From: Ruditapes philippinarum
Lineage: Eukaryota
Length of the DNA: 64,000 bases
NCBI RefSeq assembly: GCF_026571515.1
Contig: NW_026861391.1
Coordinates: 434,001-498,000, forward strand
Direction of reading: 5' to 3'
Below, one piece after another: positions 42,534 to 55,951 of this stretch. Numbering within the stretch: the stretch's first letter is position 1; each line of letters starts with the position of its first letter. The notes under the pieces are model-generated. The model was not told the origin of the DNA. It searched no databases and was given only the letters and a program-made list of their open reading frames with translations. Both the position numbers and the translations under genes were made by a program.

Positions 42534-43669
42534 TGATAATTGATTCGTTTTCTTGATAGCCAGTAAGATGAATTAATAAAGTATTAGCTTTACTCCTGAT
42601 ACTCATTGACCTCTGTGAAAGTCTGAATATAATGTTGTTAGAACGTGTTGTTTTATTGTTCTATTTTGTGTATGTTTGTATGTATATAGGCAATAAAATA
42701 TGGTTAAACTAAACTCATAGACTGCAGAATGATTTTTTTTCTCCAGAAATGATAAAACTTGCTGTAGAAATATGTAATACAAATGTACATTGTATTTTCT
42801 CTTCACATAATAAATTGATTAGTTTGACGTGATAATTTTTTTAAATATGAAAGCATGTTTTAACATCGCTTTACAATGAAGATATTTTCCCAAAAATATT
42901 TCAAATATTGATAAAAAATCTAAAACAAATGTACCATTTATAGGATATCCTTTTGGAAAAATAAGATTGATTAAGTTCTACATGATGAAAATTTTTACGA
43001 CAAATATTATTTTGTTCCAGAGCGTTTTATTATCTGCTATACAAATATATGTAATATTTAATCATGTATATATCTAACACTTGCCAATAACTATGTTTAA
43101 AATTTGTTCCTGGTTTGTTGTAATAATGCCTGGTACTAGTGGTGTTGGTAGTTTACTCCGGACCACGACAGTTTAAGCCACAGATCACAGTTCGGCCACA
43201 GCATCGTTCCTGGACGGGCTTTCAAGCAGTTTATCATTACTAGTTATGTACATGCCAGAGCAGAAGTACAGTGCGAATGACCGTAGAAAGAAAATTAATA
43301 CTGTAAAGTCATCATTCAATCGCACATAACTTGTAAATTATTACTCAAATCTTGAATCTTTTTACTTTTCCTAAAATTCTTAGTACATTCTTTTTCAATT
43401 TTGATTTTCTTGAAATATCTTGGCTTAGCTAGAGGCATGCAGCTTTAATCATGTATCATAAAGCTATGTCATCAAACAGGAGTATAAACCATAGAAATAT
43501 CTACAATAAAGCTGTCATAGTATTTGCTATATGTTTTACTATTGTGACATTAAATCCTTAAATCACCTTCACATATGATAGAAAACCATCCTAAATGTGG
43601 GTTGTTTTTAAGGCAAGTGTACTATGAAACTAAATAAAACATGTATCCGCATCAACAAATAAAGTCTAT

Positions 43670-46600
43670 TTAAATATGGTTAGATCGGTTAAACGGATTT
43701 GTTCTAGCACTGCTGGCCCGCCATATCACCTCATAGGGATATAAATTTACCCTTGGACTGGCTTCGTCAAGTCGTGACATCTACAAAAAACAACACATTT
43801 CTTTTAAAAGAAGCAAAGAATATGCACACTTAATTCTGAAATCAAACAGAGAAGCTTAATTCATAGCGTGTTATTAATGCTCTATGCTCAAATATATAAG
43901 ACACAAAATTCAGTTGATCTTATCAACACATAACAATAAAATTTATCTTTAAATGCCCTGAAACATAGTTCTGTTGAACGTACTAATTACTGTGGTGACT
44001 TCAGGGCTGAGTTTCATAGAATGGCCTAAGTGCATCCTTAGTCACTGGACTTATGACAAACTATAGGACTAACTTAGGACCGTTTCAATAAATACTTTTA
44101 TCTTTAGTAAAAGTTTTAGACTTTACTTAATTCATTCTAATGAGAAAAAATACTTAATACAAAGGCACGGGCTTCAATCCGCAATGTTTAAATGTTCATC
44201 TGCAGTGTTATTCTTAACATAAGAGTCAAAAGTAAGGACAATTTCTTTGAAATGAAAATTGTCTCAGTTTTGGTCTTAAGACACATCTAAGTCTAAGGAC
44301 TTTAAATGAAGATTGGTTTAAACATATTTATTTAAGTTCGATTGCGAAACATGCTCTTGCAACTTAATATATTAATCACTTTCGAGTCCGCTTCCTGGTG
44401 GCATATAAGAAATCATGGTTGTAACACTCGTAGGGCTCGAACCCATGATACCTGGGTTGAGAGACAGACACCTTAACCACTCGGCCACCGATCCCCTTAA
44501 ATATGTATGTGCCCCGGGTGAGGAAGATTAACCCAGAGTTGCCAATTTCCTTTAGTAAAATTGACTTATACGATATACTTACTTCCTCGTCTGTCAGTTC
44601 CCAGCCTGTACTTGCGCCCATGTTATCTTCAAGTTGTTTTAAAGACGTGGCTCCAATAATAACTGAACAGACGACATCTTTCTGTAGAAGCCAGCGGAGT
44701 GATACTTGTGGGACCGTTTTACCTTTGAAGGAAAACAATTTCATAGATTACTAAAATTCAATCAAGAATGAAATGTCGCTTATTTAAATAATGAAATAAA
44801 TAAATGTTTCATCTCAGACTTGTTGAAAAAAATATATTTAAATAATTAAAGCAACATATAATGTAAAAAGTACAGTAATGGTTTACAAGTATGACTGATT
44901 CAAAAACATATATTCTACTACATGTATTTATATAATTAAATATAAATACATAGATTAACAAAGGAAAGCTGCGTCCGGATGGACCCCCCCCCCCCGGACA
45001 TCATATAACTATAAAGGACCACCAGAAAAGCGCCCTTGTAAGGCACATTCTTCTTTAATAAGAAATGTAATGACTTATATTGAACATACAAGTGGAGTAT
45101 CTAAGAATGAGATCAATGATCATGATTGATAAAATGATAGCTGAAAATTTTATTGAACCCGAGCTTTTTATATTGATTTTAAAAGAAAACTGCTTACACA
45201 AAAAACTTTCTGGACAATAATGGCTATAAACAAAATCTACCAGGTTTACATATAAATCATCAGTTACATATGTATAAGGCTCCAGGTACCCTTCAGTACT
45301 TACTATATTTTAACTTTCTGAAAATCATTGTGTACTTTTATGTACACTTTACTGTGATATTGTAAGCTGCACTTTTTGATATTTTACTACTTTACTATCC
45401 TTACTATGAGTTTTAGCAATATCTTTCATGGCGTCCATTAGTTTCCAGTAATTATCATCATCGTTATATTGACTCCAAGCTGGCGCAGCTTGCATGGCTT
45501 TAGACTCGTCTTGGTGAACAAATCCAATTCTACTTCCTTTTGCGTCTGGTGTTTTGTTTCTCTCAAATTTCCCGGTTAAAAGTCCACTGTTGAAAAGTGA
45601 AAATATTAAACGTTTTCTTTCTTTTATATCATAATTTGGGTCATCTCTATACATAATCATTTAAAATTTCTAAGGAACAGTTTTATTTGTTTCCCCTGTT
45701 TAAGAATACAATTGTTTATATCGAGAATCAGGTTATTCATACATACCCTTTCAAAGGACTCCATGGCAACACGCCTATTCCTTCGTTTGCACAAACCATA
45801 AACTCCTCGAACTCGGACTGACGTGCAAGTAGATTGTATTGTTGCTGAAAAATAAATTTAGATATATGAATATGAGCCGCGTCACGACAAAACCAACATA
45901 GTGCGTTTGCGACCAGCATGGATTCACATTGCAGAAACGTCTGTAGTTCATTGGTTACATGTTATAAGAATTTTTATGTTTGACTATGATACAAAAAAGA
46001 AAGAGGGCAATCTGATTAATACACGGGGCTAGAGAAAAATATTAAATTACTTAATAAATTGACAGCAGTCAAGTACATGTATATATTTTATATAAACATC
46101 ACGATTATTCAACGTTAAATCGATAAATAAATGACAAAATGAAACAGTCATTTTACGTAAATTTACAAATTTGCGGAAGACAAGAGTTTCGGCAAAGCTT
46201 TATCACTCGTACTGTGAGTGACATATTGTGTTTGATATGAGTTTTATTTCGCAGATGAAGTCCATCAATGTGATCTCCAAATATAAATCTTTATTAGATC
46301 CAATCAGTTATGTGTCGTTTTCAATTTCCGAGTCCACAAAATTCAGAGTCATTTTCAGAGTCCCAAATATCTATATCAATTCCTTTCTAAAAATACCAAA
46401 GTTCTGTCAAAATGTCAGGAAAATATTATGGATGAAACTGCACGTTTGTAGCATTGCTTTTAACTGAATAATCGTGATGTTTATATAAAATATAAACTTG
46501 ACTGCTGTCAATTTATTCTAATTTAGTATTTTTCTCTAGCCCCCGCGTATAAATCAGATTGCCCTCTTTCTCTTTTGTATCATAGTCAAACATAAAAAGA

Positions 46601-49128
46601 CGTTCCCTGTTGTCACAATATGAATAAAAAAAGAAACCAATGAACGAGCATCTGAACATGATTTTTCTATCTCTTTCCCTTTCTCTGCCGTCGCAATAAG
46701 TAAACCCCAGCAAAAATGAGCCAATCATTGGGCATGCTCTGGAGTGCGGGTAACTAATACCTGCACTTCAGTTAACGCACTGTGCATGCATATGTATGCA
46801 ATTTCTATCTGACAAATTTTCAACAGAAAGGTTCCCAGACTATGATACAAACATAGGGTAAAACAGGGTACACTATCGACGCGTCTATTTTTAATGCAAA
46901 CAGTTCTAATTTTCTTTCATGTGTAATTTATAATTGTTTATTACCTGAAGTGATACACATGAGTTTAGACCCATCGTGTCAATTCTATCAACAATTTTCT
47001 GTAGTTGCCATCCGCAGACGTTACTGACACCAAAATATCGTATTTTCCCGCATCTCACGAGATCGTCAAATGTCCTCAGCGTCTCTTCAACCGGGGTAGC
47101 ATTATCCCAAGCATGTGACTATAAAAAGAACGTTTTTCTTCACAATTGATACACAACTATATAAATATTGTCTGTAAAATAATGCTTTATTTTTGTTTGG
47201 CTAATCCCAATGACAACTAAGGTATAAAAATATTATTTTTTCTTATGACAATCATGCCTAAGTATGATAAGTTTTCATGCATAAAGATACCTTGATAAGG
47301 TTTATAAAATATGTTATTAAAACATACAGAGGGCTAATAATACCTGTAACAGGTCGATATAATTAGTTTGAAGTCTTTCCAAACTTTCTTCACAACTTTC
47401 AACTATATGTCGTCTGCTCAAACCAACTTTGTTTACATTTGAACGATCAACATGGAAACGACATTTCGTTGCAAGGACAACGCTACTCCGATCTTTTCTG
47501 AAACAAAATTAAATTATACAGCAATGGTTGATGAATTCAATCGAATCCTCTCTTAGTAAACACTATGAACTGTAAAAGTGCACTTGATAAATCAATCTGA
47601 AAACTCATAGCAAAATATACCATTATGTTAGGTAAATACCACCTTTTAAAAACAGCTATTATTAATTAATTACAGAATAAATGTAACCGTTCTTACTTCT
47701 TCAGCCAGTTGCCAACCACCCGCTCCGACGCACCAAGACCATAAACATTAGCAGTGTCTAGGAAATTACCTCCTAGTTCAAAATATCTGTCCATCAATTT
47801 GTGTGACATTTCTTCATTCAGTTGGGTTGGAATGGGCATCACCTAACACATAGATGTAAATGATAACAGTTCTCACAAACATGATTTTCAAAGAGATGTT
47901 GAATATCATAACTAAAACGCCATCTGTCTAGCTAGTGTGTGCATTGTGCAGTTTCTTTAGTCAGGCTTTCGCCTACTCCTATAAACTTTTAGTTACTTAC
48001 ATCGTGAAAATGACAAATATTGCAAAAATAACAATACAGAATTAAAATGTTGAGCTTGTGCTTTAACATGACATTAAGATCATTTTATTATTTTTAATTG
48101 TAGAAATATCATAAATATAGACATTGAGCTTAATAATAAAATGTATCGGATATAAAAATCCATATAAAGGGAAGTAACTTGAAAAAACAAAGAGTATCTT
48201 CCTCGCAAAAGTTACACTTTATATACATTTTAATATATTTGTAGAGATTTAGAAGTTACTGAAAATTGCAAATGTTAGTATACATAATTCAAGAACTGCA
48301 AAGCGGAGTTTTTTCTTTGTTTCTTTTTTCTCTTTCCTTTTTAGCTCGACTATTCGATAAGAATAAGTAGAGCTATTGCAGTCACCCGAGCGTCGGCGTC
48401 GGCGTCTGCGTCCGCGTCGGCGTAACCACTTATGTTAAAGTTTTTGTACTAGTTCAAATATTTTCAAAGTCCATTGACATATGGCTTTGAAACTTTGCAC
48501 ACTTGTTCACCATCATGACCCCAACCTGTAGACAGGAGGAGGAAACTCTATCAAGCATTTTAACAGAATTATGCCCCTTTTTCGACTTAGAATTTATGTT
48601 AAAGTTTTTGTAATAGTTCAAATATTTTCAAAGTCCATTGACTTATGGCTTTGAAACTTTGCACACTTGTTCACCATCATGACCCCAACCTGTAGACAGG
48701 AGGAGGGAACTGTATCAAGCATTTTGACAGAATTATGCCCCTTTTTCGACTTAGAATTTATGTTAAAGTTTTTGTAATAGTTCAAATATTTTCAAAGTCC
48801 ATTGACTCATGGCTTTGAAACTTTGCACACTTGTTCACCATCATGACCCCAACCTGTAAACAGGAGGAGGTAACTGTATCAAGCATTTTTTTTACTATCA
48901 AGCACTCAGAATAGTCGAGCGTTGCTGTCCTACCGACAGCTCTTGTTTTCTTTCTTATCCTTTTTCTTTTGCTGCCATGCGACTGATGTCAACATTTAAA
49001 CAAAGTATCATATCAATATAAGAAACATCACTTACCCCGTCACCAAATGTCATAGTGCCCAAACACAGGTTCGAGACCTGGACGCCCGACTTGCCGAGGT
49101 AATTGTATGCTACTTTCGCTTCAGTCAT
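43670..49128 (-). CDS. Aldo-keto reductase B, 8 exons, 365 aa
   Basis: Exons 49128-49036, 47842-47697, 47497-47344, 47118-46945, 45844-45747, 45586-45405, 44722-44583, 43780-43670. Same exon sizes and phases as AKR-A; catalytic D/Y/K/H intact. Confidence 0.94.
44370..44496 (-). mobile_element. tRNA-derived SINE head (AKR-B intron 7)
   Basis: Minus strand GGGGATCGGTGGCCGAGTGGTTAAGG..GGGTTCGAGCCC with A and B boxes, followed by a non-tRNA body. Confidence 0.65.
45971..46598. repeat. About 150-bp inverted repeat pair (foldback) in AKR-B intron 4
   Basis: TTTTTATGTTTGACTATGATACAAAA..GAGGGCAATCTGATT..AAATTGACAGCAGTCAAG..AAACATCACGATTATTCA (45971-46119) is reverse-complemented at 46459-46598. Confidence 0.8.
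48340..48946 (+). mobile_element. HINE / Helentron-type element with three ~164-bp repeats (AKR-B intron 1)
   Basis: 5' subTIR GCTCGACTATTC, (GGCGTC)n microsatellite, repeats starting near 48430/48594/48758, 3' subTIR GAATAGTCGAGC, hairpin GCTGTC-n5-GACAGC, CTTGTT end, inserted in a T-run. Confidence 0.88.
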
Positions 49129-50207
49129 GATTTATGTTCTTTTTTTCTGTAAATTAGTGTAAATTACATAAAAGTAGAACTAATGTGTTGTACCCAATAC
49201 ATCTATTACATTAAAAATGACATTTTATCTAGTATTCACAAACTAGGTTACTCGTGATAACCTGCATGATGATATAAATATTACGGCGTACCGTTGGGGT
49301 CATCGTGTCCTCTAATCGACGACATCGTTTCTTCTCATCATGGGCGACCTCTGATTTATCTAGAACGCTAAAGTGACGAGGTTAAATACTTAGCGATTGT
49401 GGTATGTCCCCGTTTATAAGATCAATCATAGACACGTATTTTATGATTATCATGGACATTTCTTTCCTTTTAGCTTAACCTGCTGATTTGTAATGGACGT
49501 GTCCAGCCTCCATTTTTATTAAGTTTAGGGATATCAAGAAATTATATAGTCAGTCAAAAGCCTGGTCAGACTAAGCGAACGTGGGGCTGGCCTGTCTTTG
49601 AGCTAGTGGCTAAGGCTAATCAATACCTGTTGCAGCATGAAAATTGTTGAGGTTCTAAAAGATACATTTTAATTCGTGACATATACTTAACTTTCGGTAG
49701 TCAAATGACACTAGATAATATCGAAAAATGTATGATTCGTGATTACCTTTCATAAATATTTACTTTCTTAATTTATATAAGTGTCAGCATGCCTTTCACC
49801 ATGACGTCAGTGGTCAAAGCGATCGTCTGATATATTATTCATAACCTTCAGAGATTTAAAGTAGTGTTCATCATAAGCAATATTAGCATAAAGCTAATTG
49901 TACACCGTATGATATGTCTTAAATAATTATAAAAATAGAAGATGAAAAAACAACATTTTATTCCTTTTTAGTTTATTACTTTTAGATCAAAATCATGCAG
50001 TACATGTACATATATGCTTGTATTATATATATTTTTCTTTTTTTTTGTCATTTCCAGTACGCTAGTGTGGAAGATTGAATACCGCTTAAACCGGTGTTAG
50101 GGTAGGTGAGAGATGTTACATTTTTTTATATTCTTTCATAACAGACTCAATCAAACCGAGACTGCAATTTTCATATAATATTATTGTTTCAATACTTCTG
50201 AGATATC

Positions 50208-51634
50208 TACGGAAGAGCATTAGTGCCAGGTGTATGTTTTTTATTAACTCGAAATTTCGAGTTACTAACTCGAAATTTCGACTTACTATCTCGAAATTTC
50301 GACTTACTAACTCGAAATTTCGACTTACTAACTCGAAATTTCGAGTTACTTATCTCGAAATTTCGAGTTACTAACTCGAAATTTCGACTTAGTAACTCGA
50401 AATTTCGACTTAGTAACTCGAAATTTCGACTTACATTGCACGACTTTCATTGGTTGCCGGTGAAAGCAAGGATTGAATTCAAGATACTTTCTTTCGTGTG
50501 TAGTTGTTGCACATTGACAGAGCACCTTTAACATTTATTTAACAGAACATTTTATAGGGTCAAATTGTCCACACACATACTGAACATATCCTTCGCTTTT
50601 TGTGGAGGGGGGGGTGTAAAATCACACTTTCCACATTTCCGTGTTAACAGGGTGTTTCTTTTTATTAAGCACACATACAACCATCATATGGAGAAACAAC
50701 AAGTCCAAAACCCACCCTATTGTAAACTGTGCAATATCATGTGTTAAATAAGTTTTAAATGACGTGTATAGGCCAGTTAGTCTGTCACGTTTCTTTATAC
50801 TAATAATGTTTTTGTAACATTATTCATTATTTACTAATACTTGATTTCATATTGTGTTGATTAAAAGTTGATAAAGTGATACTTGTTATAATATATATGT
50901 TGGAACAATATAAAAGCATCCGATTTTACAAGAAATATAGTCAGTCCAACAATTTTGACACAAAGGCCTCAGCACTCCCTATTTTGGCCACGCCGCGGAT
51001 ACTTTCCTCAGATGTCCGCTCACGTAAAGTATAGATCGGTTTTTTTACAGGGATGAGAAGGAATATGATTTTAGTGAAAAGATATGTTCGAACAGATGAA
51101 TACAATACAACGTTGAAGAACGCCTGAACGTACAAAATTAAAGGAAGCTTGTATTTTTTTTCGGGTGTGTATATGCATTATAAGTTTAAGTTAAAATTTC
51201 AAAAGTTTTTGTCCAGGCAAACCCGTTTTCTCCATCTCCATCTTCAAACACTGTACATTCTTAACATCTAAAAATAACTTTGGCCATTCTTTAATTGTTA
51301 ATAAGTCGAAATTTCGAGTTACTAAGTCGAAATTTCGAGATAAGTAACTCGAAATTTCGAGTTAGTAAGTCGAAATTTCGAGTTACTAAGTCGAAATTTC
51401 GGGTTAGTAAGTCGAAATTTCGAGTTAGTAACTCGAAATTTCGAGTTAGTAAGTCGAAATTTCGAGTTAGTAACTCGAAATTTCGAGATAAGTAACTCGA
51501 AATTTCGAGTTAATAAGTCGAAATTTCGAGTTAGTAACTCGAAATTTCGAGATAAGTAACTCGAAATTTCGAGTTAGTAACTCGAAATTTCGAGTTAATA
51601 AAAAACATACACCTGGCACTAATGCTCTTCCGTA
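50208..51634. mobile_element. Foldback TIR element with 21-bp TCGAAATTTCGA-core arrays and captured internal DNA
   Basis: Perfect TIR TACGGAAGAGCATTAGTGCCAGGTGTATGTTTTTTATTAAC, flanked by GATATC on both sides (50202-07, 51635-40). Arrays at about 50248-50433 and 51300-51597. Confidence 0.9.
50436..50510 (+). mobile_element. Short CR1/L2-clade LINE ORF2 C-terminal fragment
   Basis: Translates to LHDFHWLPVKARIEFKILSFV, matching the HWLP..RI.FK motif at the end of CR1/L2-type ORF2. Confidence 0.7.
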
Positions 51635-52143
51635 GATATCGCCCTTTTACATGTCTTTTTACGTCGTTTTTTTTATAATCTGCAACTTTTTCTGGACTAC
51701 AGTCCTTTTTGGGGTGCCAAATGGACATCAAATCATGGTATGAACTCTTGGTGCTGAGATAGTTAGCTAGTATTCATTATTAAATTAAAAAACGAATGCC
51801 CTTCTGGTAGTCGTGTTATAATCATTAGAATACCGCAAACTTAATGTATCATTAAGATTTCACTACAAAGATGGAAATGGCTCCATTCAAGGAGAATAAA
51901 CAAAGGAGGTAACGTGCGTCTCGCTTAAAATTACAAGAATATCCACCTAAATACCGTGTCTGTAATTTCATATAATTTTGTTGTGATTAATGCTTCCGAA
52001 TGATTACACTTTCACCAGATTTTCGTCTTCTTCATTCGTAATAACAAAACATAATACAAAGTATATTATGTAAACAAATATCATGTTTTGTTGCACATTA
52101 TTTCCGACACTGTTATCTTTGAATTGAGTTCGGTTGAGTGGAT

Positions 52144-55100
52144 TCAGCTCCTGGTCCCCATATTGTACGCATCGTATGGATACATTGTTACTTTCGGACT
52201 GACGTCATCGAGCCGTGACATCTGCAAGATGTGTAATATACAGCATTCATTATAGTCAAAGCGTTTTTATGGTACGAGTATTACTTATTTAAATATTATT
52301 ATATTTTAATGTACATAAAAAACACATCATAAAAACTGAGCAGACGACATTTGAAATAAACCCGTCATATGTCTTCTATGATCAAAAATATCAAGTTCTA
52401 AAATCATAATATATAACCCTACTGATTGTTCTGTAATGGAAATGATTTAGAATTTAACAACATTTCATGGAAAAAAATGTTGTTTTTTCAACTTTTAAAT
52501 ATCTTAAGATTTCTAAATGTTTGCTTATCCCGTATTTTACAGACTTTGTTTCTGCCGACTGCTAATGGGTTTTAAAACTAACAGACATTTATTATTCCAT
52601 TCTAGAAAAAAAATCGCTTTATCGACATTAAACACACTTACCTCCTCGTCTGTCAGTGCCCATCCTGTACTTGCGCCCATATTATCTTCAAGTTGTTTTA
52701 AAGACGTAGCTCCAATAATAACTGAACAGACGACATCTTTCTGTAGAAGCCAGCGGAGTGATACCTGAGGGACCGTTTTACCTGTCAGAAATAAACAACA
52801 TGCTTATAGGAAGACGCTTTCTATTAAAGTGACGTTTTACTCCCAGAAAATACTCGTAAACTTAACGTGACGTCCTTGGACGTTGTTCAGAAAAACGTCA
52901 CACATAGTCATTGTAATGAGTTTTTTAACTATGTAACACTATACTTTATATACTAACCATGTTCTTTAGCTATATCTTTTAAGGCGTCCATAAGCTTCCA
53001 GTAGTTACCATCATCGTTATATTTACTCCATGCTGGCACGCATTGCATTGCTTTAGACTCGTCTTGATGGATAAATCCAATTCTACTTCCTTTTGCGTCT
53101 GGTGTTTTGTTTTCCTCAAATTTCCCGGTTAGAAGTCCGCTGTAAAGGTTAAATAAAATGTAGGTGACAATATAGAGAACATGTCAAGAAAGGAAATGAC
53201 AATTGAAAAACTTTGTTGCTAATGATTCTGTATTTTAAATATAAAATTTGATAAACAAGTCACCCTTTTAATGGACTCCAGGGTAAGACTCCAATGCCTT
53301 CGTTTTCACACACCATGAATTCTTCAAACTCAGATTGCCGCGCAAGTAGATTATATTGTTGCTGAAAGAAGAAAAGGCACGCACGTTGATAAATCATAAA
53401 TTAGTAAAGTGACTCAAGCTTATCAATATATCATAATTAATTAATAAAGTGACATTCAAATCAACTGATTCAGAATGATAATAATCATAGCGATGACTTT
53501 TTGATCATTTTTCCGTTCCCTCATTGCAAGTTGATTTTTTTTTTGCTTGGGTTTACGTCGCACCAGTGCAGTATTAAGTCATATGGCGCATATGGCGATT
53601 TTCCAATTTTACTGGTGGCGGAAGACATCAGGTGCCCTTCGTACATTTATTGCAAGCACGAACGAGCACCAGAGTAGAAATACCGACGTTCCGTAAGCTA
53701 GCTGTATCGCTTCCTCACGAGAAAGAATTCAAAGTCCTTGTGGGGACTTTACCATACGGCCATAGACCCCTCCCCCACTAATTACTAGAGTAAACTAACA
53801 GAGAGATTTAATTCCATGTAATTTTTTACAAATAAATATTTATTACTTGAAGTGTAACACATGAATTTAGTCCCATCATCTCAATTTTGTCGACAATTTT
53901 CTGCAGTCGCCATCCGCATAAATTACAAGCACCAAAATATCGTATTTTCCCGCATCTCACGAGATCGTCAAATGTTCTCAGCGTCTCTTCTATTGGAGTG
54001 GCATTATCCCACGCATGTGACTGTAAAGATAGGCAATAATTTAAATATTAATTGCAGTTTTAAATGAAATTTTATTGCATTTATTTGTACTTGATCATTT
54101 TTATTTTTATATTTAGATTTACTCGTATGTGTATGTTAATTCATCACAAATAGTGAGATTTGAAGTGCAAATGGGATCTTAGGTACCTTGCCATTTCCAG
54201 TAACGTCCACGAATAGGCTCAATCAAACCGAACATGCACACTTTTAGATTTCCCGCGTTGGACATTCTTTAGGGAATTTTTCTTCCTGTCTTTAATGAGT
54301 TTAATGCATAAAATAAATATTGCTCTAGATGTTCTTCGATTTAAACATGAAAATCCTTTGAAGATTAATCATTCAAACATAGATTTATATATAGATGTAT
54401 ATAAAATATGTTGAGTAAACCTGATAAAGATCTATGTAGTCTGTTTTTAGTCTTTCTAGACTTTCTTCGCAGCTTTTAACAATATGACGTCTGGTCAGGC
54501 CAACTCTGTTGACATTACTAAAGTCTGTTTGATATCTTACTTTTGTTGCAAGAATGAAATTACTGCGGTTATTCCTGAAACAGAAATCGTAAAAGAATTT
54601 AACAAAGTGAAATAGGGCATTACAATGCTCACTGATTCATTGTAGTACAAATAGGTCCTAAACGCCTTAAACAAATGAACATCTGAAATTACATTTCACA
54701 TTTTCTGAGTTAAATCGATATATAATTCTATTATCCCTTTCCAATCGTATACTAGTGAAATGAGTACAATCTATATAGATTTACTTTGACAATGTGGGAG
54801 ATTTCTATTTAGATAGGTATCAAAAGACGCCTCTGTCCTTTTTAAGGTACTAGTCAATGTCAAGGCAATTTCATCTGAATCATATTCAAACGTTCTTTGA
54901 AGTCTATCCAAAACGGTCAAGTTTTCGTAGTCTGACACAAATAATGCTTCCCCTGACTAATAATTGACGATATTGCTGATTTGAGTTATAGATATGATAA
55001 ATTACACCATTCTGCCTTGACCTTTACATATTATCAAGTTTATTACTTTTTAAGCCAACTGCCAACTACCCGCTCCGACGCACCGAAACCATACATATCA

Positions 55101-55951
55101 GCGGTGTCCAGGAAATTACCTCCTAGTTCAGAATATCTGTCCATCAATTTGTGTGACATTTCCTCATTTAGCTGGGTTGGAATCGGCATCATCTAAAGAC
55201 ATAGATGTAAAAATAAAATGAAAACATAGCTCAACAAGGAAACCGAACACATTGTTTCACATTCAGCGCTTCTAATTTCCGGCGTAAAAAAACATATACG
55301 TTAACTGCACTATAACAATACTAAACACTTGTTAGCCCATTGTTAGTCCCTTTCTGAGGCATATTGTGCCTTAAAGCAGCTTCCCTCTGTTAATTTAGCG
55401 CAACTTTCTTCAGTTTTAAAACATCCAATATGCTCTTTATTTATCCATTATCAAATCATTGTTAAACACATGATTGACTTTCTAAAGAATTAAAATATAT
55501 ACGAATTTCTGAGGTGAAATGTGCTATATTTTCATTTAACTTAGTACAAAATGACTATTTTCATCAAAAACAACAAAATGTATATAAAGGGGGTAACTTG
55601 TAAAAAATAGAAAATCTTTTACTTCTTCACACATTATAATTTTTACTTTATGAAACGAAATCACAATATATTTAGATTCCGGATAATACGTTAAACTAAA
55701 ACAAAAGATACTTTACAGTGCATGCACGGTGTGTAATCATGTAGTTTAATATTCTTAAAAGGTGTAAATCTAATTATAATTGACAAAGTGCATTTAGAAT
55801 TTAGTATTAATGTAATAAAATTAAATTATATTATATCAATACAAGAAAAATCACTTACCCCGTCGCCAAATGTCATAGTACCCAAACACAGGTTCGAGAC
55901 CTTGACTCCTGACTTGCCGAGGAAATTGTACGCTACTGTCGCTTCAGTCAT
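52144..55951 (-). CDS. Aldo-keto reductase C, 8 exons, 354 aa, with altered and truncated C-terminus
   Basis: Exons 55951-55859, 55192-55047, 54574-54421, 54020-53847, 53361-53264, 53139-52958, 52781-52642, 52221-52144. Catalytic tetrad intact (DTADMY, ATK, LYQSH). A 4-bp insertion in the last exon gives an early TGA. Confidence 0.88.
53544..53770 (-). mobile_element. SINE fragment in AKR-C intron 4
   Basis: Reverse complement is similar to the SINE at 33937-34180; poly-T tail on the + strand. Confidence 0.55.

Noticed and set aside
44420-44496. tRNA gene (also 22620-22677, 6830-6908, 34289-34370)
   Set aside because: A and B boxes are present but there is no complete cloverleaf; they continue into SINE bodies, and two have tails and TSDs.
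52144-52146. Selenocysteine or read-through at the AKR-C TGA
   Set aside because: The TGA results from a frameshift; the continuing frame is not homologous to the paralogues and no SECIS was recognised.
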